From the NCBI GenBank assembly GCA_038087875.1, contig JAXLNO010001270.1, forward strand, positions 62,001-122,321: a stretch of 60,321 nucleotides of DNA, read 5' to 3'. The DNA comes from Malacoraja senta. Lineage: Eukaryota. A program made the position numbers and the translations under genes. Of the stretch, positions 35,800 to 49,769 are shown one piece after another (positions within the stretch are counted from its first letter, which is position 1; every line of letters starts with the position of its first letter). The notes under the pieces were generated by a model. That model had not been told where the DNA came from and ran no database searches. It saw nothing but the letters and a program-made list of their open reading frames with translations.

Positions 35800-36235
35800 A
35801 TAGTTATAGAGTCATACAGCATGGAAACAAGCCCTTTGGCCCAACTTGTCCATGTCGAGCAACATGTCCTTCTACACTTGTCCCACCTGCCTGCATTTGG
35901 TCCATATCCCTCTAACCCTATCCTATCCATGTACCTGTCTAAATGTTTATTAAACATTGCAATAATACCTGCCTCAACTACCTCCTCTGACAGAAAGTTT
36001 TGTGTAAAAATAGTTACCCCTCAGGTTCCTATTAAATCTTTCCCCCCCTCACCTTAAACCTACTGTATGTCCTCTGGTTCTTGATTCCCCTACTCTGGGC
36101 AAGAGATTCTATGCGTTTACCCATTCTATACCTGTCATGATTGTGTACGACATGTACAAGGTCAACCCACATTCTCCTGTGGTCCAAGGAATAAAGACAG
36201 CCTGCTCAACCTCTCCCTATAGCTCAGGCTGTCAC
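35800..36235 (-). mobile_element. CR1 LINE 3' fragment (older subfamily)
   Basis: Reverse-complement match to 21675-22030. Confidence 0.8.
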
Positions 36236-36656
36236 GTGCTTGCAGCTTTTACTGTAGAATATATAAATATAATGGGAACACACATAACCTCTTGATTGGC
36301 TTTTGTAAAGCCTGTGGCTGCAGAATATATGGAAATCCCACTGTAAATTCCCGCATATATGTGCGGGTTAAATAAAGTTTTATCTTTAAATTTCTTTTCA
36401 TGTTAAATAATAGAGAAGCTGAAATCTAACTGAAGTTACAAAATGAGAAAGATTATTATAGACACGGAAGATAATTTGAAGATATTCATTTATTTCTTAA
36501 AGCTTTCCTCTGTCCAGAAGTCCAATCCATTCACTAACTGTTTTATGAAGGGTAGTTTCCTGATATCAGTCTTAAGGTTATCTTCAATTATTTTAAGCCC
36601 TTGTTCCTTTTTCATGCTGCTATATCTTAATTTAAAATTATATTCTGAATATACAA

Positions 36657-37185
36657 TGGACAATAGACAATAGGTGCAGGAGTAGGCAATTCAGCCCTTC
36701 GAGCCAGCACCGCCATTCAATGTGATCATGGCTGATCATCCACAATCAGTACACCGATCCTGCATTCTCCCCATATCCCTTGACTCCGCTATCTTTAAGA
36801 GCTCTATCTAACTCTCTTGAAAGCATCCAGAGAACCGGCCTCCATCGCCCTCTGAGGCAGAGAATTCCAGACACGCAACTCTCTGTGTTATTTCTTCATC
36901 TATGTTCTAAATGGGTTACCCCTTATTCTTAAACTGTGGCCCCTGGTTCTGGACTCCCCCAACATCGGGAACATGTTTCCTGCCTCTAGCGTGTCCAAAC
37001 CCTTAATAATCTTATATGTTTCAATATGATCCCCTCTTATTCTTCTAAATTCCAGAGTATACAAGCCCAGCCGCTACATTCTATCAACATATGACAGTCC
37101 CGCCATCCTGGGAATTAACCTTGTGAACCTACGCTGCACTCCCTCAATAGCGAGAATGTCCTTCCTCAAATTTGGAGACCAGAAC
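36657..37185 (-). mobile_element. CR1 LINE 3' fragment
   Basis: High similarity to 25468-26000. Confidence 0.9.
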
Positions 37186-37356
37186 GGCTTACCTTTTCTA
37201 TTCCCTAGATACTCCTTTAGTTTGATAAAGTTCCATCTATGATCCTTCAATTCCAGCAGAGCATTTAGTTTCCCCCAGAATCAGAGTAATTGCTACTTTT
37301 GCATACCTTTAGTGTTAGGCAGTCTCCCTTATGGTGCCATGATTATTCGGACCGGT

Positions 37357-37523
37357 CAAGAGAGAGTCAAGAGTGTTTTATTGTCATATGTTCCAGATAG
37401 AACAATGACATTTTTGCAACAGCACAACAGAATATGTGAACATAGTACACTGTAAATAATATAATAAACAAGAGAGAAAAAAAAGTTCATTGTGTGTGTG
37501 TATATATATGCATATTCACAAAT

Positions 37524-37567
<44 letters not shown>

Positions 37568-38040
37568 TTTCGTACACACAAAACCCCCCGAATAATAGTG
37601 CAATAAAAACAATAATAGTCTATGTAGTTCAGAATTTATTTGTTGTAGTGTTTAATGGCCGAATGGCTATAGGGAAGAAACTGTTCCTGAACCTGGATGT
37701 TACAGTTTTCATGCTCCTGTACCTTCTTCCCGTTGGCAGGGGTGAAATGAGTGTGTGGCCAGGGTGTTGTGGGTCTCTGATTATGCTGGCTGCCTTTTTG
37801 AGGCAGCGATTCTGGGAAATCCCTTCAATGGTGGTCAGAGCCGGTGATGGACTGGGCAATGTTCACAACTTTTTGCAGTCTTCTTCGCTCCTGGGTTTCA
37901 CGTTGCCAAACCAGGCCATGATGCAACCAGTCAATATGCTCTTTACTGTACACCTGTAGAAGTTCAAGAGAATCCCCTCTGACATAGCAAATCTCCATAA
38001 TCTTCTCAGGAAGTAGAGGCTTTGATGTGCTTTCCATTGT
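37357..38040 (-). mobile_element. Rex1/Babar LINE 3' fragment containing a TG/TA/CA microsatellite (37492-37567)
   Basis: ORFs 37629-37859 (RDPQHPGH...RFRNSFFP) and 37863-38096 (FYRCTVKSILTGCIMAWFGN). Confidence 0.88.
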
Positions 38041-38589
38041 GCGCTAAAATGGAGCCTATCTGTGGCGACATGTCGCCAGCAGCTCAGTCTGACCAATGTG
38101 TTGGATAGTTTGATCTATACCTCTTCTGGCCTATATTCTGAAGCAGTCATGACCCGAAACATCCCCTATTCATGTTCTCCAGAGATGCTGTCTGACCCAT
38201 TGTTACTCCAGCATTTTGTTTTTTTTGTAAATTAACATCTGCAGTTCTTGTGCCTTTTTCTTTCCTTAGATAGTTAATTGAACTTTTACTCTGTACGGAT
38301 GGACCATAAAAAAGTCAGTTCCACAAAAACCTAAAAGACATTTCACCATCACCCTTTTGAAATGAGCTGATCTCAACAAATAAGAAAAGCTAAATTCGAA
38401 AATGCTTGCAGTTTCACAGAAACTTTTGAGAATCACCTTTAATGGTTTTGTTTGTGGGAATAATTTTTTAATATTTTACAGTACAGAGCATTTTATTGTA
38501 TTGCTCAATGAGCTGTTGAAGCTTATGAAGCTCATCAAACTACTTCTAAATAGATATATGATGGACTAATTTGGATTGTTTATCCTGAG

Positions 38590-38980
38590 CTTCGGCGGCT
38601 GAGGGCCGAACTTATAGAAGTATATAAAATTATGAAAGGCATAGATAGGGTACACAGTCAAAATCTTTTTCCTAGTATGGAAACGTCAAAGGCTAGAGGG
38701 CATAGTTTTAAGGTAAGAAGGGCAACGTTTTAAAGAGATGTGCAGGGCAAGTATTTTACTCAGAGAATGATGGGTGCCTGGAACTCATTGTCAGGGGTGG
38801 TGGTGGAAGCAGATACGATAGTGGTGTTTAGGAGCTTTTTACATAAGCATGCAAATCTGAAGAAAATGGAGCGAAATGGATTGCCTGCAGGCAGAGGAGA
38901 TTAATTTAACTTGGAATCATGTTCGCCACTGATATTATGTACTAGGGCCTGTTCATGCACAGTACGGTTTAATATTCTGT
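38590..38980 (+). mobile_element. Old CR1 3' fragment
   Basis: Encodes RRLRAELIEVYKIMKGIDRV...RGHSFK...FTQR...WNSL. Confidence 0.8.
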
Positions 38981-39623
38981 GAAATTCAACCAGATTTAGA
39001 AGTATAAATCAGGTTTGGAAATATTAGGAGAGGAAACAAAGACCTAATATACCTGATTCACTTCAGCCTATTTTGACCCTTTGATTTAATGCTACGTTGA
39101 TTATTTGCATTTTGAGAATCTCCGTCCCAGGACAGCTGCAACAGTCTGTGGGACTATAGCTCCATCTACAGTTGAGGCTCACCAGTGCATCATACCGAAA
39201 CAAGACGGACTAAAGCAAAGACGGTATAAATGCAGCATTTCAATATTTAAACGCAGGGCATCTGCTCAGTGCTGCGATTGTTGATGCCATTCTTGTGTTT
39301 GAATCAGAAGGTTTTGATTTCAAATTGTACTTCAGAGACTGGACATAAACATCTAGGTATTTTCAAGAGAGAGTTAGATTTAGCTCTTAGGGCTAACGGA
39401 ATCAAGGGATATGGGGAAATATTGAATGGTGGTGTTGGCTCAAAGGGCCGAATAGCCTACTCCTGCACCTATTGTCTATGTTTCTAGCAAGGGACTGCTG
39501 TACTGTTAAAGGTGGATGCAGGAGAACCCGTAATCCTCTGATGAAGACAACTAGTGGAGTTATCCCTGACATTCCAACCAGAATGTATCCTCTTTTAACA
39601 ACATTAAAATAGATTTTAATACT

Positions 39624-39702
39624 CAATTTTATACTCATGAAACTCCTGCAAACTAAAAAGATAATCTTTTCAGTTTGCAGGAGTTTCATGAGTATAAAAT
39701 TG
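39624..39702. repeat. Near-perfect 79-bp palindrome
   Basis: 39-bp arms (39624-39662 and 39664-39702) with one mismatch and a 1-nt spacer. Confidence 0.95.
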
Positions 39703-41297
39703 CTGCTGCGTTTCACTCAGTGACTGCATCTCAAAAATACTTAATTTGCTTATAAAGAAACTTTGGGGCATTCTTAAAGTGAAGTGAAGGATGCTGTAAA
39801 AATACACAATTGTGTGAAAATTAAAAAGACTGTAGATGCTGGAAATCTGAAACAAAATCAGAAAATGACAAATAGCTTAGCAGCTCAGACAGAATCTGTG
39901 GAAAGAGAAACAGTTAATCTTTCAAGTCTGCACTAATTCTGGCGAAGGATCACAGACCAGATATATTGACTATTTCACTTTTCACAGATGCTGCCTGAGT
40001 TGCTGAGTTTTGTTTTAGCTTTTTTTTTGTTTTAGTTGTACAACATTTTTTTGCTCTTTATTACTGTCACCTATACTGTCACCTATATCATCCTTTTTTT
40101 CCCTTTAGCTTAGCTCCTGCTCCTGCCCCTGCCCTCCACCTACCCATCTTAACTTCCCTATCCACCATTAATTTATTTTGTCATTTTCCTCCAGCTGGTC
40201 ATCTGACCTCATTGATTCTATCCTCCAGAAAATGGCTCCCAATTCCCTCTACACACCTTCTCTACCAGCTCCAAACCCAAGGGCCCCTTTCCAGTTCCAT
40301 GCTGTTGTGCCTGACAATCTGTTCATGGAATGATTTATTGACAGGAACTTGTTCATACTTACAGGTCACACAATGACCAGCTGCTCAGTGATACATTTCC
40401 TACTTCCTCCTCTGGTACTTAGATGAGTACATTACTTCCTTTTCTTCCGTTAGAAAAGGCCAATAACAATTTTACTTGGAATTTTAAAATCATACCAACA
40501 AGCGTGACCATTGACAAAAAATCACAAATTACTGTTAGTGATGTGGCATTATTACGCAGGCTTCCCATCAGTGTTAAAGGAAATCCCTCTGACTGACTAT
40601 TTCTCAGCAATAGTAAATCGTAAGCTTTGTTATATGAGGTCTGTCATTTTTTAGTAGTATATTTAAAAATAATTGATGCCCAACAGCCATGTAGGAAAAT
40701 ACAACTTGATCAAACAAATAATTTTAATTGATGTGACAGTCAGAAAAAATCTCCTAAGTGCTCAAAAACCCTTAAATATCTATGACCTATTAAGATAGCC
40801 TTGTGGATAGTGGAAAGATTTTGGGAAGAGTGATGATCAGTTACTTTAATCAATACATTTCTGAAAAATCTCATTGGTCTATGTGTGTTTGGAAAAGAAT
40901 AACCATAGTAACCTGCCCTACCAGAGAGGTTCAGGAGTAATGTAGATCTTTATGTACATTGACTTGACAAAGGAATGCAGCACTGTAGCTAGAGAAAGAC
41001 CAGGAATTTGGTGGGAACCAAAAGAGAGAAAAGCTTCATATCAAGCATGAAACAGTGTAAGGTAGGAGTCTATGAGTGGGACTTTGAGTTGCAGAATCAT
41101 TGAGCATGGAAACACGTGCTTCGTCCCACCATATCTGTCCTGGCTATGAAGGTGCTCATCTGCGCTAATCCTATTTACCAGAACTCGCTTGCTCCTATGC
41201 TTACTGAAAATAACAATATCCATAAAAGGTTATACTGAGGTCACCTCCTGGATGAGGCTTGTTTCATTTCTGATGCCAAAGGTAAACTCCATCTAAG

Positions 41298-41715
41298 GAA
41301 TTTAGAGGAGTTTAGAAGGTTGAGAGGGGACCTCATTGAAACTTACAGAATAATGAAAGGCATAGATCGAGTGGATGTGGAAAGAATGTTTCCACTGGTG
41401 GGAGAGTCTAGGACCTGAGGTCATAGCCTCAGAATTAAAAGGCGCTCTTTTAGAAAGGAGGTGAGCAGGAACTTTTTTTGTCAGAGGGTAGTTAATCTGT
41501 GGAACTCATTGCCACAGAGGGCTGTGGAGGCCAAGTCAGTGGATATTTTTAAGGCAGAGATAGACAAATTCTTGATTAGAACGGGTGTCAAGGGTTATGG
41601 AGAGAAGGCAGGAAAATGGGATTAGGTGTCAGAGGTCAGCCATGATTAAATGGCAGAGTGGACTCGATGGGCCGAATGGCCTAATTCTACTCCTATAACT
41701 TGTGAACTTGTGAAT
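41298..41715 (+). mobile_element. CR1 LINE 3' fragment
   Basis: EFRRLRGDLIETY...RVVNLWNSLPQRAVEA; (GAACTTGT)n tail. Confidence 0.9.
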
Positions 41716-42189
41716 TCTGGAGTACATCCAAAATTCAGCTTTTAATCTTTAGATGGTCATTCTATGTAAAATCTGTGTCTCCCTCTCCCCTGACTTTCAG
41801 TCTAAAGAAGGGTCTCGGCCAATGTTCCCTCTAATGTTTAGTAGTCTGTGTGCGCAGAAATCTTGTATTGTGCAATTTTTTATGCTGTTACAAATGTGTG
41901 TGCGCACTGAATTCTTGTGCAAATATATGACCTTATGAATTTTTGGTGTAGCAGTTTTTACTATTTCATTAAGCCATTCAACTTTAAACTAGCTTGCAGT
42001 TCTTTTGTGCTTCACACCCTTTGCATCCTTTGAATTTGACATGGTGAATCAAAATTTCTTTCAACAAAAACTCAATAAGCCAGCTACAGAATATGAAATG
42101 GATCTTTGTAAACTGCACAATAAAGCCAATATGATTATGAGATGTTTACAAATAAGTATAAATTATATACTGTATAATACTGTAATCTG

Positions 42190-43580
42190 ACGGTGAAGTG
42201 CCGCCCCTTCTACCTACCGAGGGAATTCACCTCCATCATCCTGACCGCGGTCTACATCCCACCCCAGGCAGACGTCTGTCTGGCACTGGGGGAGCTGCAC
42301 GCTGTGGTCAACAAGCACCAGACGGCCTACCAAGAGGCGTTTACCACCATAGCCTGGGACTTCAACAAAGCCAACCTGACGAAATCACTCCCTAACTTCC
42401 ACCAACATGTCTCCTGCAAACACCCTCGACCATTGCTACACGACCATCAAAGACGCCCTTTGCTCTATCTCTCGCTCACACTTCGGAAAATCCGACCATT
42501 GAGCGGTGCTGCTTCTTCCTACATACAGGCAGCAATTGAAGTGCACACCTCCAGAGGTGAGGACTGTACAGAGCTGGTCAGGGGAGGCAGAGGAACAACT
42601 CCAGGACTGCTTGGAGTCTGTAGACTGGGCAATGTTCAAGGACTCGGCAACTGACCTGAATGAATACGCCACAGTCGTTATAGACTTCATAAGGAAATGT
42701 GTGGAGGACTGCGTTCCAACAAAAACCTTCCGAGTGTTTCCTAACTAGAAGCCTTGGATGAACCATGAGATCCGCATTCTTATGAAGACCAGATCCCGGG
42801 CATTCAGGTCTGGCGATGTAGAGGTCTATAAGAAGTCCAGATACGACTTTGGTAATGCCATCAAAAAGGCCAATGTAAGACTTCTACTCTAAGCTGGAGG
42901 ATGAGACGGATGTTCGGCAACCGTGGCAGGGCTTGAATGCCATCACCTCCTACAAAGCGAAATCAGGAGGCAGCTCAATTGTCAGCGAAGCATCACTCCC
43001 TGACGAGCTCAATGCATCTTACGCACGCTTTGATAGGGAGAACACTGATGTGCCTTCCAGAACCCCCATTCGCCCTGACGGTATTACAGTCATAGTCACA
43101 GAGGCCAACGTCAGAAGATCCTTCAGGGGGGTGAACCCTCGGAAACTGCCTGGACCTGATGGTATACCCGGTCGAGTTCTCAAAACCTGTGCAGACCAAC
43201 TGCGGGAGTTTTTGCGGACATTTTCAACCTCTCACTCTTGAGGTCTGTGGTTCCCATCTGCTTTTAGAGGGCATCAATAATACTGGTGCCTAAGAAGAGT
43301 AAGGTGACGTGCCTCAATGACTATCCACCAGTGGCACTATCATGTGTGGTGAAGAAGTGCTTTGAGAGGTTGGTTATGGTGCACATCAACTCCTACCTCG
43401 ACAAGAACCTTGACCCACTACAGTTCGCATACCACCACAACAGGTCAACGGAGGATGCGATCTCACTGGCTCTCCACTCTGCATTGGACCACTTGGACAA
43501 TAAAAACACTTACGACAGGCTGTTGTTTATAGAATACAGCTCGGCGTTTAATACCATCATCCCTTCCAAGCTGGTTATGC
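42190..43580 (+). mobile_element. Rex1/Babar LINE internal fragment (end of APE to start of RT)
   Basis: KCRPFYLPREFT...VYIPP...DFN; QDCLESVDW; PGPDGIPGRVLK; LDPLQFAY...STEDAI...[10 protein letters not shown]. Confidence 0.92.
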
Positions 43581-44941
43581 AAGGAGGTGTGGTGATTCGG
43601 AGCTCTCGTCCAGACACAAGAACTAGTGTGTTTTATCATATTTATGGAATTCGGAGGACAAACAACGGTACTTTAAACATCTGTGTGTATCGCTGCGACA
43701 CTGCAGAGACTTGTTTTAAAGTTTTCTGCTTGTTTTGGGACTGCGAGCAGTCTTATCAATTGACTGCGTAGCTCCCACTACGGTCCCATTATTCCAACAT
43801 TTTGTGCCTATCTTCGGTGTAAACCAGCATCTGCAGTTCCATCCTACATAAAAAATAGATTCATTGTTCTTCAAATGTCTGACTGTATAAAATTAAATTA
43901 TACCTGATGTTAAAGGGTGATTGAATAGAATGGATGCAACAGTTCCAATGGGAGAATTTGATTTTTAAATTTGAGAAATGATTTGGATAATGTGACTCAA
44001 GAATAAAAATGAACATCAAAGAACAATGAGAAAAATAAATCTTGCAGTGCAAATGTAGGTTGACAGTTTAGCTGGGTGTGGATGATGTAATTGGAAATGT
44101 TGGCAAAAAAATTAATGCCCAGGTAGTGATATTACCACTGAGTTATGAGACTTCAGATAATTCAATGTATGGTGGATTTGTCACAGGTTAATACCAAATC
44201 TTTTGGCAAACATAATATAAACACGTAGTTGTTTATCGAATTAATGTCAAATTCTGAGCAGGTTCTGCCATTATTAAATGCTTTTGGTGCTGCTGAGTGC
44301 ACAGATGACACAACGTGTTTCTATAATTTGTATCTAATATACACTCTGAATTTCATGCGTTCTTTCAATACTCAGCGTGTAATTAGAGATATGTTATAAT
44401 AGGCTATTAACTTTTATCTATGTACAGCAGGTTGACACTTCTTCCACAATTTTCACTGGTGTAGGATATAAATGTGAAATTCGCATTTAGGAAATGATGT
44501 GCTTGTCTCTTGTGATTATGTCACACACTATATCTGGCACAGCAGGCAATTCATTATTCAGTTGAGCACAAGTCAGGAAAGGAACCATTGTAGCAATAAA
44601 TGTTGAATCCGATTTATCATTTGTGCTTATTGATAGGGAAATGCACATGAAAATAACAATTTCTCACATTATTATTATTTGCATCTTGACATAAAAGTTT
44701 CAGAGATCCATCTTAAGTTTTTGAAACTAAATTTTCTACCACGCAATGCATTATTTTAAATTTTAATTTATTCACCTTCCTCTTTGCATGTTCTTTTACA
44801 TTTCTGCACTTCATTTATTTTTCAAGGACTGAGTTTCGCAATTTGAGACCATTCTTCTGCCAATAAGACAGATGTTTATGTATTCTAACGGTTGATTACA
44901 GATGTTTTGTGATTGACCTTAAACCAAGAATACATTTCTAG

Positions 44942-45120
44942 CAAAACACAAAGTCCTGGAGTAACTCAACAGATCAGGCGGCATCTGTGGAGGGAATGGA
45001 TAGACGATGTTTTAGGGTCGTGACCCTTCTTCAGACTAATTCAATCTGTCCATTTCTTCCACAGATGCAACCTGACCTGCTGAGATACTCCAACACATTG
45101 TGTATTGCTCAAGATTTCAG
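44942..45120. mobile_element. Palindromic PLE-terminus insertion
   Basis: Inverted arms; minus-strand CTGAAGAAGGGTCACGACCC motif. Confidence 0.7.
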
Positions 45121-45229
45121 TTGAAGGAAGGTGAGGATAACTTTCATAAACAACAACACTAGTCAAGATCTGATGCAATTTAGGATGAAGCTAAAACAGT
45201 AGAGTTGGAACAACCTTAGTTTAGTTTAG

Positions 45230-46328
45230 GGAGGAACTGCGGATGCTGGTTTACACCAAAGATTTAAAAAACTGCTGGAGTAACTTAGCGAGACAGGCAG
45301 TATCTCTGGTGAGAAGGAATGTGTGATGTTTCAGGTTGAGATCCTTCTTCAGACTGAGTGTCAGGAGAGAGGGAAACTAGACATTGATCAAGGAAATCAT
45401 TGATCAAGGGAAAGGTGACAACGAGGCATACAAACAGTAAAATGAATCAGGAAGGCAGTGAAACTATTGGGTGGGGGAAGGCCAGATAGATAGGGAAAGC
45501 AAGGGTTACTTGAAGTTAGAGAAACTAATTATCATGCCACTGGGTTGTAAGCTGCCCAAGCAAAATATGAGGTGCTGTTCCTCCAATTTGCGTTTTGCCT
45601 CACTCTGACAGTAGAGGAGGCTTGGGACAGAAATCGGCTGGAACCGAGAGATCGCATAGGTCAAGGCGGACTAAGCGGAGGTGTTCAGCGAAACAGTCCC
45701 TCAACCTGCGTTTGGTCCAGCCGATATACAAAAGACCACACTGAGAACGCAGGATGCAGTAGATGAGATTGGAGGAGGTGCAAGTGAACCTGCTTCACCT
45801 GAGGGGACTGTTGAAATCCTTGGGCGGAGTTGAGGGAGGTGGCATAGGGGATTTAGTACTTAGGGAAGGAGGCGGTTTGTGTGGGAAGGGATGAGTTAAG
45901 TAGGGAGTTGCGGAGGGAACGGTCTCTGTGGAAAGCGGAAAAGGGTGGAGATGGGAAGATTTGGCTAGTGGTGGGATCGAGTTGTAGGTGATGAAAATGT
46001 CGGGGGATTATGTGCTGTATGCGATGGCTAATGGGGTGAAAGGTGGGGATCAGGGAGACTATCCTGGTTGCGACTGGGGGTTGGGAAAGCAAGGGCGGAG
46101 CTGCGGGATTTCGAGGAGACCCATGTAAAGGCCTCATCTATGATGGAAGAGGGGATCCCCCATTCCCTAAAGAATGACCTCATCTCAGATATCCTGGTAT
46201 GGAACACCTCATCTTGGGCGCAGGTGTAGCATAGACGGAGGAATTGGGAGTAGGGTTAGAGTCTTTTCAGGTGGCAGGGTGGGAAGAAGTGTAGTCTAGA
46301 TATCTGTTGGAGTCAGTAGGTTCATAAT
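45230..46328 (-). mobile_element. Penelope-like element, degenerate (RT C-terminus, GIY-YIG and 3' UTR)
   Basis: ORF 45853-46137 TFHP...HFHHLQLDPTTSQIFPSPPFSAFHRDRSLRNSL; homologous to 51783-52500. Confidence 0.85.
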
Positions 46329-48778
46329 ACATATAGATTGGGTGAATCAAATTGGCAGGGGTGCTGAGGAAGAGGATTTCTTGGAATGTATGCGGGATAG
46401 TTATCTAAACCAACATGTAGAGGAACCAACGAGAGAGCAGGCTATTCTAGACTGGGTATTGAGTAATGAGGAAGGGTTAGTTAACAGTCTTGTTGTGCGT
46501 GGCCCCTTGGCCAAGAGTGACCATAATATGGTTGAGTTCTTCATTAGGATGGAGAGTGACATTAATTCAGAAACAAGGGTTCTGAACTTAAAGAAAGGTA
46601 ACTTTGAGGGTATGAGACGTGAATTGGCCAAGGTTGACTGGCAATTAGTTCTAAAAGGGTTGACGGTGGATATGCAATGGAAGGCATTTAAAGACTGCAT
46701 GGATGAACTACAAAAAATGTTCATCCCAGTTTGGCAAAAGAATAAATCAGGGAAGGTAGTGCATCCGTGGATAACAAGAGAAATCAGGGATAGTATCAAA
46801 GTAAAAGATGATGCGTACAAATTAGCCAGAAAAAGCAGCATACCAGAGGACTGGGAGAAATTCAGAGACCAGCAGAGGAGGACAAAGGGCTTAATTAGGA
46901 AAGGGAAAATAGATTATGAAAGAAAACTGGCAGGGAACATAAAAACTGACTGCAAAAGTGTTTATAGATATGTGAAGAGAAAGAGATTAGTTAAAACAAA
47001 TGTAGGTCCCTTGCAGTCAGAAACAGGTGAATTGATCATGGGGAACAAGGATATGGCGGACCAATTGAATAACTACTTTGGTTCCGTCTTCACTAAGGAA
47101 GACATAAATAATCTGCCGGAAATAGCAGGGGTCAAAGGAGATGGAGGAACTGAGTGAAATCCAGGTTAGTCGGGAAGTGGTGTTGGGTAAATTGAATAGA
47201 TTAAAGGCCGATAAATCACCAGGGCCAGATAGGCTGCATCCCAGAGTACTTAAGGAAGTAGCTCCAGAAATAGTGGATGCATTAGTGATAATTTTTCAAA
47301 ACTCTTTAGATTCTGGAGTAGTTCCTGAGGATTGGAGGGTAGAATCCTTTAAGAAGGGAGGGAGAGAGAAAACGGGGAATTACAGACCAGTTAGTCTAAC
47401 ATCGGTAGTGGGGAAACTGCTAGAGTCAGTTAGTAAAGATGGGATAGCAGCACATTTGGAAAGTGGTGACATCATTGGACAAAGTCAGCATGGATTTACG
47501 AAAGGTAAATCATGTCTGACGAATCTTATCAAATTTTTTGAGGATGTAACTAGTAGAGTGGATAGGGGAGAACCAGTGGATGTGTTGTATCTGGACTTTC
47601 AGAAGTCTTTCGACAAGGTCCCACATAAGAGATTAGTATACAAACTTAAAGCACACGGTATTGTCGGTTCAGTATTGATGTGGATAGAGAACTGGCTGGC
47701 AAACAGGAAGCAAAGAGTAGGAGTAAACGGGTCCTTTTCACAATGGCAGGCAGTGACTAGTGGGGTACCGCAAGGCTCAGTGCTGGGACCCCAGCTATTT
47801 ACAATTTATATTAATGAACTGGATGAGGGAATTGAAGGCAACATCTCCAAGTTTGCGGATGACACTAAGCTGGGGGGCAGTGTTAGCTGTGAGGAGGATG
47901 CTAGGAGACTGCAAGGTGACTTGGATAGGCTGGGTGAATGGGCAAATGTTTGGCAGATGCAGTATAATGTGGATAAATGTGAGGTTATCCACTTTGGAAA
48001 GCAGACTATTATCTAAATGGTGGCCGATTAAGAAAAGGGGAGATACAGCGAGACCTGGGTGTCATGGTACACCAGTCATTGAAAGTAGGCATGCAGGTGC
48101 GGCAGGCAGTGAAGAAAGCGAATGGTATGTTAGCTTTCATAGCAAAAGGATTTGAGTATAGGAGCAGGGAGGTTCTACTGCAGTTGTACAGGGTCTTGGT
48201 GAGACCACACCTGGAGTATTGCGTACAGTTTTGGTCTCCAAATCTGAGGAAGGACATTATAGCCATAGAGGGAGTGCAGAGAAGGTTCACCAGACTGATT
48301 CCTGGGATGTCAGGACTTTCATATGAAGAAAGACTGGATAGACTTGGCTTATACTCGCTAGAATTTAGGAGATTGAGAGGGGATCTTATAGAAACGTACA
48401 AAATTCTTATGGGGTTGGACAGGCTAGATGCAGGAAGATTGTTCCCGATGTTGGGGAAGTCCAGGACAAGGGGTCACAGCTTAAGGATAAGGGGGAAATC
48501 CTTTAAGACCGAGATGAGAAAAAACCTTTTCACACAGAGAGTGGTGAATCTCTGGAACTCTCTGCCACAGAGGGTAGTGGAGGCCAGTTCATTGGCTATA
48601 TTTAAGAGGGAGTTAGATGTGGCCCTTGTGGCTAAAGGGATCAGGGGGTATGGAGAGAAGGCAGGAACGGGATACTGAGTTGGATGATCAGCCATGATCA
48701 TATTGAATGGCGGTGCAGGCTCGAAGGGCCGAATGGTCTACTCCTGCACCTATTTTCTATGTATCTATGTATCTATGT
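46329..48778 (+). mobile_element. CR1 LINE, 5'-truncated, young, same family as 1-2350
   Basis: ORFs 46342-47157, 47141-48016 (RT with FADD) and 48064-48678; 3' tail (TATCTATG)n. Confidence 0.96.
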
Positions 48779-48807
48779 CAGTCGATCGTCTATCTCTTCT
48801 ATCTCCT

Positions 48808-49121
48808 AGTTTAGTTTAGTTTAATTTAGTTTAGAGCTACAACATGGAAACATGCCCTTCAGGCCACCGACTCCGTGCCAACCAACAATCACCCGTACAC
48901 TACTTCCATCCTACACAATAGGGACAATTATACAGAAGCCAAGTAACTTACAAACCTGCACATCGTTAGAATGTGTGGGGAAACTGGAGCACCTGGAGAA
49001 GATCAACATGGTCACAGGGAGAATACAAAACTCCCCAGAGACAGCATGCATAGTCAGGATCGAACCTGGATCTCTAGTGCTGTAAGGCAGCAACTCTACT
49101 GCAGCACCACTGTGCCACCCC
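48808..49121 (-). mobile_element. HE1/V-SINE-like SINE
   Basis: The reverse complement has a tRNA-like head (GGTGGCACAGTGG, B box GGTTCGATCC), the V-domain and a (CTAAA)n tail. Confidence 0.82.
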
Positions 49122-49604
49122 CTAGTAATATATTTGAAGTTGCATTGAGCTTCAAAAGTAAGGCAGAATGAGACAACCATGTTGAACCAAGTACTGTGTG
49201 GGCAGAACCAAATGGGGCAGTTACTATAAGCAGAAAAACGGACTCGAAGCGCATCAATTTTCATCATGAAGTGTACCAAGGGACCAGATAGTTTCTAGGG
49301 CATCCATTACCAACTCAACCAAAAGTCATTTTTTAATAAAACACTCATTCAGTCATCTATTAATTTTCACAATGTATTTGTAGGTAGCAATAAAAATAAA
49401 ATTATATGCGTTTATGTGCAGAACAGACAGTGTTGGATCAGGCAGCATCTGGGAAAGGATCCTTGAATGAACAGACCACCTTTTGGGGTCGGGACTCATC
49501 AAGGACTGTCTGAAGAGGGGTCTCCACCCAAAACATACTCTGTCTTCCCTCTCCAGATGCTGCCTGATCTTCTGTTCCTCCAGCACTTTGTGTTTTGCTC
49601 AGGA

Positions 49605-49769
49605 NNNNNNNNNNNNNNNNNNNNNNNNNNNNNNNNNNNNNNNNNNNNNNNNNNNNNNNNNNNNNNNNNNNNNNNNNNNNNNNNNNNNNNNNNNNNNNNN
49701 NNNNNNNNNNNNNNNNNNNNNNNNNNNNNNNNNNNNNNNNNNNNNNNNNNNNNNNNNNNNNNNNNNNNN
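49605..49769. other. Assembly gap (165 N)
   Basis: Run of N. Confidence 1.

Noticed and set aside
41820-41960. CAATGTTCCCTCTAA as the left end of a hAT-like element
   Set aside because: No matching right TIR or TSD found.
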